Source: the human T2T-CHM13v2.0 reference genome, Homo sapiens. Taken from it: 64,000 nucleotides of DNA. The position numbers were made by a program, and so were the translations under genes. Where the stretch lies: assembly GCF_009914755.1 (NCBI RefSeq), contig NC_060928.1; one strand, 5' to 3'. Every line of letters starts with the position of its first letter. Positions within the stretch are counted from its first letter, which is position 1. Under the pieces are notes generated by a model that was not told where the DNA came from, did no database searches, and worked only from the letters and a program-made list of their open reading frames with translations. Positions 12,742-25,998 of the stretch are shown in pieces.

Positions 12742-15700
12742 GGGGGTAGCTGAGATGGCCAACTAAAAGCAGCTAGTGTGCACTGCTGTCATGGAGAGGA
12801 ATGGAACCTCCTCAACACAGGGGAACCTCCCCAGTCCAGGGAAGTGGTGAGTAAATATGCAACCCCAGGAACCCATGCTTCTCCCACAGATCTTTGCAAC
12901 CCTCAGGTGAGTAGATACCCTCATGAACCCATTCCACCAGGCCTTCAGTCTGACACACAGACCTACATGGAATCCCAGCAGATCATGGAATCTCTGCTCA
13001 GTCACATGCAGAGACCTGGGAGCCTTAGATACCTGGGCTTTCCGGGCTTCCTCGCAAAGGAGCTGAAACTCTGGCAAAGCAGGAGGTCAGGGCTCCATAC
13101 GCACCATTAGAAAAGGGGCAGAATCCAGTGGGCTGAGAAGCAATAGTCTATGGGCCCTGCTTCCATGGCACCTCACAGGATAAGACCCACTGGCTTGGAA
13201 CTCCATTCAGCCACTGGTAGCAGTGTTACACTTCCCTGAAAAAGAGCTCCCAGCAGCAAGGCCAGCCACTACCTTTGCTGTTTGGCTGACTTCACCGTTT
13301 TAGCCTTCAGGCTTTGGAGAGTCTGAGGTGACTGGGGCCTGAAGTGGGCCCCCAGCACAGCACAGTGGCTATATGCAAACATGGCCTGCTTTTTTTTTAA
13401 GCAAGCCTCCAGCCCTGTTCCTCTTCACTGGGCAGGACCTTCCAACTGGGTTCTCCAGCTACCCTCATCAGTGTTCTCCAGCAGACAGAGTTTTGAAACC
13501 TCCCTGGGACAGAGCTCCCAGAGGGAGGGGCAGGACACCATCTTTGCTGTTTCATAGTCTTTACTGTTGATAACTCCAGGTACTGGAAAATCCAAGGTGA
13601 CTAGAGACTGGAGTAGACCCCCAGCATACTACAGTAGCTCCTCGGAAAAGTGACCAGACTGTTACATAGGTGCTTGTCCCCATAGCTCCTCACCGGGCAG
13701 GTCCTCCAAGCCTAGGCCTCCGACCACCCTCTGCCAGGCTATTGAGCCAGTAGCAGCTATGCAACAACCTGGAGAGAGCTGCTGAGGGCAACTGAAAGCC
13801 TCTCTGCCCTCTGCAGTGGAACTGCATTTACTACCCTAGGACTCATTAAGACGCAAAAACCCTAAGTGCCTTATCCATACCTTCAACAAGCTGCAGTTGA
13901 CCCAAGGAGAGGAAACCAGTCCATCTCCCACAGGTTCTGCACACCCCCACCCCAGCTTGCTCATAACCAGACAAGGAACCCTTGGCTTGTGCCCACACAC
14001 AGATCCCCCATCCTGGGATGATTGCACTGAACAGTTGTTGACCTGCACCTTTCTGGGGTGGAGCCCTCAGGAGACAAACAAAAGACCCTTGGCCACAAGG
14101 ACTACTAAGGTCCCTTCCTCTGTTGCCTCCAAGTAGGGGGAGAAACATAAACCCTGAGATGGCCTTAGTGCTGCAGTGGGCAGTGCAGGAGTGACAAACT
14201 GAAATCTACAGCCAGCATTCAATGGGGAGAGCAGCCCAAACTTTCAGAGCATTGAGAGGGAACCCAGTTGCAACTGTGAGGAAACACAGGGGAGCCACAT
14301 AACCAAACAAGAGTCTACCAAGTGACCAATAAGCCAAAGTACCATCTACTGGATCACACCCCAAAGCTTCAACACCAAAATACCTTGCTAACATACCCCC
14401 TTGTGAGACCAAAGACAAGAAGTCTGCTTCAAATAAAGACTCTGCACAAAGCACGGTACTGAGAAAACATCCAGTAAAGAAGTTCACTGACTGTACTCAA
14501 CCAATGCAAGAACTCTGATAACTCAAATGGCCAGAGTGTCATATGTCCTCCAAACAACCTTACTGGTTCTCCAACAAGAGTTCTTGACCAGGCTTAGCTA
14601 GCTGCAATGACAGAAACAGAATTTGGAATATGAATAGAAACAAAGATCATTGAGGTTCACAAGTATGGCAAAACTGAAATCAAGAAAACTAAGAATCACA
14701 ATAAACACTACCACAGCTGGAAGATGAAACAGCCAGTATGAAAAGGAACCTAATGAATCTGGCAAAGCTGAAAAACACAATACAAGAATTTCACAATGCA
14801 ATCATAAGTACTAACAGTAGAATAGACCAAGGTGAGGAAAAAAATCTCAGAACTTAAAGCCTGGCTCTCTGAAATAAGAAGTAAAACAAAAATAAATAAA
14901 AAATAATTGAGAGGATTGACTAAAACCTCCAAGAATTATGGGACTATGTAAAGAGGCCAAATCTATGAGTCACTGACATCCCTGGAAGGGATAGGAAAAA
15001 AGCAAAAAACTTGAACAACATATTTCAATATATTGTCCATGAACATATTCCCAACTTTGTCAGAGAGGCCAATAATCAAATTAAGAAAATACAGAGAACT
15101 CCTGCAAGGTTCTACACAAGAAGATAATCTTGAAGACACATAATCATCAGATTTTCTAAGGTTGAAATGAAAGAAAAAGAGCAGGTCCCCTATAAAGGGA
15201 ACCCCATCAGGCTAGCAGTGGACCTCTCAGCTGAAACTCTACAAGCCAGAGGAGATTGGAGAACTACATTTCACATTCTTAAAGGAAAAAACTTCAGCCA
15301 AGAATTTCATATCCAGCAAAACTAAGTTTCATAAGCAAACGAGAAATAAGAACTGTTTCAGATAAGCAAATGTTGAGGGAGTTTATTACCACCAAATCTG
15401 CCTTACAAGAGATCTTGAAAGGAGGATTAAATATAGAAAGAAAAATTATGATCAGCTAATACAAAATTACACTTAAATGCAAAGACCAGTGACACTGTAG
15501 AGCAACCACACAAACAAGCCAGCACAGTAATTAGCTAACAAGACAATGACAGGATTAAATCCACACATATCAATACTAACCTTAAATGTAAGTGGGCTAA
15601 GTACCCCATGAAAAAGGCACAGAGTGGCAGGTTGGAGTAAAAAAAAACATGCAAGACTCAATGTTATGCTGTCTTCAAGAAACTCATGACACAAATATGT

Positions 15701-16749
15701 TCAAAATAAAGGAATGGAGGAAAATCTACCAAGCAAATGAAAAACAGAAAAAAGCAGGGGTTACAATCCTAATTTCTAACAAAACAGACTTTAAACCAAC
15801 AAATATCAAAAAAGACAAAGAAGGGCATTACATAATGATAAAGAGTTCAATTCGACAAGACATAACTATCTTAAATATATATGCATCCAACATGGAAGCA
15901 CACAGATTCATAAAGCAAATTCTTAGAGTCTTGCAAAGAGACATAGACTCCCACAAAATAATAATGGGACGCTTCAACTGCCACTGGCAGTATTAGACAG
16001 ATCATCAAGGCATAAAATTAACAATACCAGTGATCATTAGAGAAATGCAAATCAAAACCACAATGAGACACCATCTTACACCAATGAATAATAACAAATG
16101 CTGGTGAGGTTGTGGAGAAAAGGGAACACTTATACACTGTTGATGGGAGTATAAATCATTCAACCATTGCAGAAAGCAGTTTGGCAATTCCTCAAATTGC
16201 TAAAGGAGAACTACCATTTGACCAAGCAATCCCATCACTGGGTACATACCCAGAGGAATATAAATCATTCTACCATAAAAACACATGCACTCAAATGTTC
16301 ATTGCAGCACTATTCACAATAGCAAAGACATGAAATCAACCTAAATGCCCAACAATGACAGATCAGATAAAGCAACTGTGGTGCATATACACCATGGAAT
16401 ACTATGCAGTCATAAAAAAAAAACAAGATCTTGTCTTTTGTGCAAACATGGATGGAGCTGGAGGCTATCATCTTTAACAAGCTAACACAGGAACAGAAAA
16501 CCATATACCACATGTTCTCACAAGTGGGAGCTAAATGATGAGAACTTGTGAACACAAAGAAGAGAACAACAGACACTGGGGTTTACTTGAGAGTAGAGGG
16601 TGGTTGAAAGGAGAGAAGCAGAAAAAATAACTAATGGGTACTAGGCTTAATACCTGGGTGATGAAATAGTCTGTACGGCAAACCCCTGTGACATGAGTTT
16701 ACCTATATAACAAATACTCTCAAACCTAAAATAAAAGTTAAAAAAAAGA
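12742..16749 (+). mobile_element. L1PA13-16-like element with intact ends and large internal ORF2 deletion
   Basis: 5'UTR GGGGGTAGCTGAGATGGCC; ORF1 relic; ORF2 start MTGLNPHISILTLNV near 15546; jump to ORF2 C-terminus near 16025; 3'UTR and A tail; TSD AAGAAATTAGA at 12731-12741 and 16750-16760. Confidence 0.88.
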
Positions 16750-17128
16750 AAGAAATTAGATATGTATTTTGCAAACCCTGAGATATCCACTAGAAAAAAG
16801 AAAAAAGATCAAACAGACCAATAGTGAAGATAAAAAGAAATATTAAAAATACCCTATCAAAAAAAGAGCCAGGAATAATGGTAAGAAGGAACAAACTAGA
16901 AATGGGACAACAGAAAACAAACAGTAAGATTTTAACCCAGCAATATTAATAATATTAAATTATAAACTACTCCAACAAAAGGCAGTGATTTTCAGACTGT
17001 ATTTTTTATAAAGCAAGATTCAACTATATGTGATATATTTGAAGAATTCATTTTAAATACACAAAGATGGGTTAAAATAAAAAGATGGAAAAAGGGATAT
17101 ATGAAAAATTTAATAATAAGAAAACTGG

Positions 17129-17423
17129 GGCCGGGTGCAGTGGCTCACACCTGTAATCCCAGCTCTTTAGGAGGCCGAGGCGGGCAGATCACAAGGTCAA
17201 GAGATTGAGACCATCCTGGCCAACATTGTGAAACCGCGTCTCTACTAAAAATATAAAAATTAGCCAGACATGGTGGCATGTGCCTATAGTCTCAGCTACT
17301 TAGGAGGCTGAGGCAGAAGAATCGCTTGAATCCGGGAGACAGACACTGCAGTGAGCCGAGATCCTGCCACTGCACTCCAGCCTGGGTGACAGACAGAACT
17401 CTGTCAAAAAAAAAAAAAAAGAA
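17129..17423 (+). mobile_element. AluSc-like
   Basis: GATCACAAGGTCAAGAGATTGAGACCATCC; TSD AAGAAAACTGG at 17118-17128 and 17424-17434. Confidence 0.95.
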
Positions 17424-18134
17424 AAGAAAACTGGAAAGGCTATATTAATAGAAGTCAAATAGACTTTGATACAAGAAATATTACCAATAATGAAGTCAAA
17501 TATTTTTAAATAATAAAATTATTAATTCATAACAGACCCAACAGTCCTAAGTTTGCATGCATGTAGTTGCAAGATTTCAAATACATTAATAAGGAAAACA
17601 ACATAACAGAAAGGAGAAGTAGATAGAAAATTTTGATTAAAGCTTTCTCTTAGCAACTGAGAGAAAAAGTAGACAGAAACCAACAAGGGTACAGACATCT
17701 TGAACAACACTGAAAATCTAACCCAATTTACCTTTACAGAACACCACATCCAGCAACAGTATAATGCGCATTCTCTACCATGCTTATAAAATATTCAAGG
17801 TAGATCACATGCTCAGCATAAAATAAGTTTCAAATTTGACAGGATTAAGGGCATACAAAGTATGTTCTCTAATGCAAAAGAAACTAAATTAGAATTTAAT
17901 AACAATAGTCATATCTAGAAAATCTCCTAAGACACTTCTAGGCAATGCAAGGGTCAGACAAGAAATGACAAGGAAAATTAGAAAATATTTCAAAATGGCT
18001 GACAATTTTTTTAAATTTTAGGGATGAAGCTAACACAGAACTTTGAAGACAATGTATAGCTCTAAATGCTTATCCTAGGTAAAAAGAAAGACCTAATACC
18101 AATGAACAAAGTTTCCACCTTAAGAATAGAACGA

Positions 18135-21100
18135 GGAGGGGGACAAGATGGCTGACTGGATGCAGCCAAAAAGTTCTGCTCCCACCCAGAGGGATCAGAT
18201 TATTAAGTAAACCACCATAATTTGGGCAGATCTTCAGAAAGAAAATGCCAAAAGTGGGTGGAGAGGCAAGACTAAAGCCAAGGCTGAAGAGGGAGGTCGC
18301 GGGGAACCCTGCACCGGATACCTTAACCCAGGGAATGGTTCCTGACTTTGTCGACTGGGAAAGGGGTGAGTGAGGGAATTGAGGAATGGCTCTCTCTCAG
18401 AATGGACCTCTGGGATCCTAGCTATAGGGGACCTCATGTCCCCATGGATGCATGAACTGGCAGGGGATGTCCTCGGGGAGCAAGCAAAGACTGCCAGGCC
18501 TTCAGACAGCACAAAGTATAGGAGCTTTTGTGTGCTGGGCAGTTCTAGGGAATGTGGCCATAGACACTCATCCCCCAGGGCTCCCCACACCCCTCCAGGA
18601 GGCACGGGCCCCAGCTGACCTTCCAGCCACGAAAGAGTGGGCAGCTTCCCCATGGGACTGAAGTATGTCTGCTCTACAGGCCCTCCTGCTCGTTGGCCCC
18701 TCCCAGGGTCCATACCAAGCTGTGCTGCATAAGCTGGTGCACAGTGCAGCCCCTGCAGCCCAGTATTGCTGCACCTGAGCACTTTCCTGGCAACCCAGGA
18801 ATACATCAGATCCAGAATCCCAACCCGAGCTGCAGGACATCCCAGTGCCCCAGGGCTGCAACATGCAGCTCGGGAGTATGGAGCTGAGATCTGTGGCCGG
18901 CCCTCAAGCAGAGAAGCAGCCCCCACCATCAGAGCAGTGAGAGGGGTGAGAAGCATGTGTTCCTGGGCGGGGGCAGTAGTGGTGCATGCCATCCTCTGCA
19001 GGGCCAGTCCAGAAAGATGTGGAATATATCCCTGCCAGCCTCTGCCTGAGGGGATACTGCAGCCTGGAACACCTAAGAAAAGAAATGCAGGTGCAGCACC
19101 ATTGATCCTTGGGGACTTCCCCAAAGCCCAGAGAGGACCTGGTGAGGAGGCCATTTGTCTCCTCTGCCTACCACAGAGCAGGACTGAAAACAAGAGGAAG
19201 TACAAAAACGACATGGCTGGGTATTAACCTAGCTACCAGCCATTGCTCTTAAGCACCATCTACTGGCTAACAGCCTAAACTATAATACCAAAAATTATGC
19301 CTATGAAACCAAGCTCACGAATTCACCCACCCAGGTGGCTGGCAAGATGGCCGAATAGAAACAGCTCCAATCTGCAGCTCCCAGCAAGATCAATGCAGAA
19401 GGTGGGAGATTTCTGCATTTCCAACTGAGGTACCGGGCTCATCTCATTGGGACTGGTTAGACAGTGGGTGCAGCCCACAGGGGGCAAGCCGAAGCAGGGT
19501 GAGGGCTTCCCTCACTTGGGAAGTGCAAGGGGTCAAGGAACTCCCTCCCCTAGCTGAGGGAAGCCGTGAAGGACTGTGCTAGGAGGAACAGTGCATTCCA
19601 GCCCAGATACTATGCTTTCATCATAGTGTTCGCAACCCACAGACCAGGAGATTCCCTCAGGTGCGTATGCCACCAGGGCCCTGGGTTTCAAGCACAAAAC
19701 TGGGAAGCCATTTGGGCAGACACTGAGCTAGCAGTTTTCCCCTAACAGTGCAAACAAAGCTGCCCGGAAGTTCGAACTGGGCAGAGCTCACCGCAGCTCG
19801 GCAAAGCCGCTTTAGCCAACTGCCTCTCTAGATTCCTCCTCTCTGGGCAGGGCATCTCTGAAAGAAAGGCATTAGCCCCAGTCAAGAGCTTATAGATAAA
19901 ACTCCCATCTCCCTAGGACAGAGTACCTGGGGGAAGGGGCAGCTGTGGGCACAGCTTCAGCTGACTTAAACGTTCCTGCCTGCTGACTCTGAATAGAGCA
20001 GCAGATCTCCCAACACAACTCTGGAGCTCTGCTAAAGGATAGACTGCCTCCTCAAGTGGGTCCCTGACCCCCATGCCTCCTGACTGGGAGACACTTCCCA
20101 GCAGGGGTCAACAGACACCTCATATAGGAGAGCTCCGGCTGGCATCTGGCGGGTGCCCCTCTGGGAGGAAGCTTCCAGAGGAAGGAACAGGCAGCAATCC
20201 TTGCTGTTCTGCAGCCTCCACTGGTGATACCCAGGTGAAAAGGGGCTGGAGTGGACCTCCAGCAAACTCTAGCAGACCTGCAGAAGAGAGGTCTATTAGA
20301 AGGAAAATTAACAAACAGAAAGGAATAGCATCAACATCAACAAAAAGGACGTCTGCACAAAAACCTCATCTGAAAGTCACCAAAATCAAAGACCAAAGGT
20401 AGATAAATCCACGAAGATGAGGAAAAACCAGCGCAAAAAGGCTGAAAATTCCAAAAACCAGAATGCCTCTTCTCCAAAGGATCACAACTCCTCGCCAGGA
20501 AGGAAACAAAACTGGATGGAGAATGAGTTTGACAAATTGACAAAAGTAGGCTTCAGAAGGTGGGCAATAACAAATTCCTCCAAGCTAAAGGAGCATGTTA
20601 TAACCCAATGCAAGAGAACTAAGAACTTTGAAAAAATGTTAGAAGAATTGCTATCTAGAGTAACCAGTTTAGAGAAGAACATAAATGACCTGATGGAACT
20701 GAAAAACACAGCACAAGAGCTTCGTGAAGCATACACAAAGTATCAGTAGCCGAATCGAACAACCAGAAAAAAACATATATATATCAGAGATTGAAGATCA
20801 ACTTAATGAAATAAAGTGTGAAGAAAAGATTAGAGAAAAAAGAATGAAAAGGAATGAAGAAAGCATCCAAGAAATATGGGACTCTGTGAAAAGACCAAAC
20901 CTGTGTTTGATTGGTATACCAGAAAGTGACAGGGAGAATGGAACCAAGTTGGAAAACACTCTTCAGGATATTATCCAGGAGAACTTCCCCAATCTAGCAA
21001 GACAGGCCAACATTCAAATTCAGAAAATACAGACAACACCACAAAGATACTCCTTGAGAAGAGCAAAAACTAAAGAGTTTCTACACAGTGAAAGAAACCA

Positions 21101-22072
21101 CCTACGGAGGAAGTAGACAACCTACAAATTATGAGAAAACATTCACAAACTATGCGTCTGACAAAGCTCTATCCAGAATCTGTAAGGAACTTAAATCAAC
21201 AAGCAAAACAAATAACCCCATTAAAAAATGGGCAAATAACATGAACAGACACTTCTCAAAAGAAGAGATATACAAGCAGCCAACAAACATATGAAAAATG
21301 CTCATCAACACTAATCAGAGAAATGCGAATCAAAACCACTATCAGATACCTTCTCATACCAGCCAGAATGGCTGTTATTAAAAAAAAAATCTCAAAAAAT
21401 AACAGATGCTGAGGCTGATGAGAAAAGAGAATGCTTATACACTGTTGGTGAAAATGCAAATGAGTTCAGCCACTGTGGAAAGCAGTTTGGAGATTTCTCA
21501 AAGAATTTAAAACAGAGCTGCCATTTGACCTAGCAAACTCATTACTGGGAATATACCCAAAAGAATTTAGATCATTATACCAAAAAGACACATGCATTCA
21601 TATGTTCATTGCCATGCTATTCACTATAGAAAAAAACATGGAATAGACCCTAGGTGCCCATCAATGGTGGATTGTATTAAGAAAATGTGGAACATATACA
21701 CCATGAATACTACACAGCCATAAAAAAGAATGAAATCATGTCCATTGCAGCAACATGGATGGAGCTGGAGAGCATAATCCTAAAGGAATTAATGCAGGAA
21801 CAGGAAACCAAATGAATATTCTCGCTTATTGGGAGCTAAACATTGATTTTCCAAGGACATAACCATGAGAGCAATAGACACTATAGATTACTAGACTAGA
21901 GAGGGAGGGAGGATGGGTGTGAGTTGAAAAACTACCTATTTGGTATTATGTTCACTATCTGGGTGTAATATATGCATGTAACAATCCTTCACATGTACTT
22001 CCTGTATCAAAAATCAAGGCTGAAATTTTTTAAAAATCTATCATACATATAAATACACACACACATTAAAAA
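18135..22072 (+). mobile_element. Composite L1: L1PB-like 5'UTR (18135-19330), L1PA7/8-like 5'UTR plus ORF1 (19333-21065), L1PB-like ORF2 end and 3'UTR (21066-22035)
   Basis: Two successive CAAGATGGC L1 starts; ORF1p MRKNQRKKAENSKNQ at 20417; TSD AAGAATAGAA(C/T)GA at 18122-18134 and 22073-22085. Confidence 0.85.
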
Positions 22073-22389
22073 AAGAATAGAATGAAATGGCTTCAACTTG
22101 ATAAAGAGCATCTAAAAAGAACAATTTAAAACTGTCATTATTTGTAGGCAACATGATCATGTACACAGAAAAGAATGTACAAGAAATTTATGATAATAGT
22201 TAAGTAAATTTGCAGGGCAATCAATATTTATGTAAATTTATTGTTTTCCTGTATTTTATCCTGCTGCTTTTCTTGTTAATCCTGTTGTACTTTCTTCCAC
22301 TTCCAGTTCCCAACTGTTAATTTGTTATCCAGTCTCCTCATGCACCATATTGAAAACAGAGCCTTCAGTTAATCATAACTCAGAAACCC

Positions 22390-22874
22390 ATAGCAAATTG
22401 TAAAAATGGCCACATCATAAAGTCTTCTCATCCTGTATGCACACTCATTTATGACTTTACAGTTCTTCCCATCAAGAGATGAAGTCTATTCTTTACTCCT
22501 TGAATTTGGGCTTAGCTATGTGACTTACTTTAGTGGATGGGACATTAGCAATGTGTCAGGAGCAAATGCTTGAAAAGTGCTTGTGCATTGGAGTTTACTC
22601 TCTGGATGGTCTTTGGAAGCCTGGGACTACCATAGGAAAAAATTCAAAACCAGCCTGCTGATAAGAGAACACGTGGAGCAAAGATAGCATCTCAGCTGAA
22701 GCTCTCCTAGACCCTCCAGCCACAACCAAGAAATAAGCCAGCTAACCCTAGACATCAGCCACGCCATCTCAGACCAGAAGAAATGTCCACCTGATTAAGA
22801 GAACAGTGAGAAATTCTTATTTTAAGCCACTAAATCTTGGTAGGGGTTAGCACACAGTAATAGCTAACTGATAC
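22390..22874 (+). mobile_element. MLT1F/G-like MaLR LTR
   Basis: AAAAATGGCCAC start region, TTTTAAGCCACTAAA...GCTAACTGATACA end. Confidence 0.7.
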
Positions 22875-23200
22875 ATGTTCCTTCTGCTTTCATTTCAGTA
22901 CTGAGAGCAATTCACATGCACATAACTCACTTCAAAGTCCCATGGACCCAGCAGGTTTGGGAATTTAGATGCTAATAAATGGTAATGATGTTTGTCCCAA
23001 TAGTTAAGTTGTAAGTCATCTTTATTTTTTAAAGACATCGATGGATAAAATTAGAAGTGAAAATCACATTATGTCTAAGTTTAATTTAAAACGAGCTTTA
23101 CAAGAATAAAGGAAAGGAAGAAAGAAAGAAAAAGAGGAAGGGAGGGAGAAAATAGATAAAGTAGGACACAATGTTGATAATATAGAACATTAATAGATGG

Positions 23201-23622
23201 TGTATTTGTCTGTTCAGGCTGCTATAACAAAATACCATAGACTGGGTGGCTTAAGCAACAAAAATTTATTTTCTCACAGTTCTGGAGGCTGGAAGTATGA
23301 GATCAGGGTGCTAGAATGGGTAGGTCTGGTGAGTGCGCCTTGCAGGTAGGTGGCCAACTTTTGTGTGCTCAGAAGGCTTTTCTTCTTGTGTGCAAATTGG
23401 AGAGATAGAAATCTGTGTCTCTCTTTCTCTCTCTCTCTCCTTCTCTCTGTCTCTCGCTCTCTCTTTTTCTTATAAGGCCACAAATCCTATTGGATTAGGA
23501 CCCTACCCTAATGAACCCATCATCTTTAATTACCTCCTAAAAGCCCTAACTCCAAAAACGTCACATAGTGGGTTATGACTTCAACATATGAGTCTGGGGG
23601 AGAAACAATTAAGTCCATAGTA
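23201..23622 (-). mobile_element. MLT1A/MSTD-like MaLR LTR
   Basis: TGTATTTGTCTGTTCAGGCTGCTATAACAAAATACCATAGACTGGGTGGCTT reverse end. Confidence 0.85.
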
Positions 23623-24125
23623 GAAGAAAATTCATTGTCCTAGTCTAATTTTTTAGATATTTGAAAACATTCATAGAATTTAAAAGCATAACTATATTTT
23701 ATCTTCTACTCTCTTGTTTATGCAGTAAGAGACAAAAATTCTCCCTAGAAGAAAATTCTGGAAAGCTCCATGATCCCTTTATACCATTAAAAATTCTTGA
23801 TTAAGTAATTAGAAAGTCCAGTTCAAGATAATAAAGTTGTAAGTTTGCTTTAATATCAAGTCTTCTCCTATCTTCCAGACTGCTGGAACTGCTATGATTC
23901 AAAGCCTTGGTGACAGTCAGTTTCTCCATTTCTACACCTTATCTTCCATATCAATCTAAAGGTGGCTTTATCCTCTATGAGGACTTACATGTTGGAAAAA
24001 TGAGTGGAGGTATCATTAAGTTGCCCTTGAGCTTTCTGGGACCCACTCTGTTCCATTTCCCTTGACATAGACAAGGCCATTATTGGCCTTCATCTCTGAG
24101 TTCTGCCAACAAAGCATCAGCCTAT

Positions 24126-24548
24126 GTATTCTCTGTTACTTCAGTAACAAATTATCATATCACACACTTATTATTATAGTTCTGGAGGTCAGATACATGA
24201 AATCAGTTACCTACTTCAGAAGGCTCTGGTGAAATGGAGACAGCCTGTTTCCTACCTTTTCCAGCTTCTAGAGACTGTCTGCATTCCTTGGTTCCTGCCA
24301 CGTCACTCTGACCACTGCTTCCATCGTCACATCTCCTTCTCTGACTCTGACCCTCCTCCCTCCCTTTCAAAAAGACCCTGGCAATTACGTTAGGCCCACC
24401 TGGATTATCCAGGATAGTCTCCCCATATCAAGGTCCTTAACTGAATCACATTTGCAAAGTCTCATTTGCCACGTGAGGTAACATATTCACTGATTCTGTG
24501 GATTAAGACATAGGTATCTTTGGGGGACTGGCATTATGCCCACCACAT
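24126..24548 (-). mobile_element. MLT1C/D-like MaLR LTR
   Basis: TTCTGGAGGTCAGA, TTCCAGCTTCTAGAG, ATCACATTTGCAAAGTC, GCCCACCACA. Confidence 0.8.
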
Positions 24549-25814
24549 CCTGTCTCTCTGTACATTTCTTGGGAGTAGGTAAGTTATTACTTATTAAGTT
24601 ATATATTACTTATTATGTCTCAGTTTCAAAAAAAAAAAAGAAAAACATAGCAGCCTTTCTAGGTCTCCTCATGGAAATCCCTCCCACTAGGTTGGAGGCA
24701 CAGAAGGCAGCACACCCCTCTCCTTCTCCAAATATGGCAATAGCTTCTGCAAAGATCTGTCTTCCCCAGTCCCCTTCTCAAAAGTCTGTGTGACCTCTTC
24801 TTTTATCCTTAGCATGTCAGATGTATCTAGTATTTTGGAACAGTTCCCTTTACATTTTTTTCATAAAATTTGCATGTGATGCTTTCACACCATTTGGTGC
24901 CCTGATACTCATGGAATTGATACCTCAGTTGACACTGAAGCAGGGAGAGTTGCATTCCAACATTCTGCCCATAACTATTTCCCTAAAGTAGAAATATGAA
25001 ATTATAAATGGTTCTTCATGAATCGCTAAATTCTTAAAGCATGTCTTTTATGTCATGACAGAATGTATCTGATGAGTCAAAAGGAATTTCAATATTCAAA
25101 GGTGACTATTAAATGAGTAACATTCTATAGAACGCAAAACTATTTTTAGAAGAATATTTTTGCTTCTGAATAGCTTTTCAGTCACAGTTACACTGCTCCT
25201 TCTTGAATTAAGAACTATCACTCAACCAATCTCCTGTTCATATGAAAGAGAATAATTTTAGCTGGAGCGCAAACCTCACCTGCAAAATGTTAAATGCAGA
25301 TATGTGAGATTGGCATACTCTATTTTGCTGAAAGAAATATATTACTTCATTCTTAAATGTCTCTCTACTAGTATAATGGATGGTTAAAATAACTTTTAAA
25401 ATCTATAAATTTATGATGAAATAAATTGTATTCACATTTTTATTCCAACGGCAAGAATGAATTAGAGTGTTTATCTAAATTATAGAATTATGGCATTTCA
25501 TGATCAGATCTGGAGTATTTCTTCCATCAAACATTGAAATTAAACATCTCTGAGAACATGCAAAAAATGAAATGGAGGCTCTCTTGGTGTATTAGTTTAA
25601 ATTCTTTTTGGATGCAAGTAACAGAAATCAACTCTAGCTTCCACAACAAAACAAAAAAAGGTGGAGTGGGAGGAAGGGATTCAATGAGAGAATGTTAAAC
25701 CTAAGCACTAAAAGACCTTGGGGCTTTTTTGTCTCTTTACCCTCTGTTTTTCTCTATCATCCTCTCTGGCTGCAGTGTTACGTAGGAGAATTTATCACTG
25801 CCAAACCTTTCCAA

Positions 25815-25998
25815 GTCTCACATGCAATGACACACATAGGCTCAAAATAAGGGGAGGGAGAAAAATCTACGAAGCAAATGGAAAGCAGAAAAAAGCAGGA
25901 GTTCTATTTTAGTTTCTGACAAAACAGGCTTTAAACCAACAAAGATCAAAAAAGACTGTGATTACATACTGGGAAATGGTTTAATTCACCAAGAAGAG
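25815..25998 (+). mobile_element. Isolated L1P ORF2 endonuclease fragment inside an old MLT1 LTR
   Basis: Translates LTCNDTHRLKIRGGRKIYEANGKQKKAGV; no tail. Confidence 0.8.

Noticed and set aside
20417-21116. Functional L1 ORF1p
   Set aside because: Frameshifted near 20740 and C-terminally truncated.
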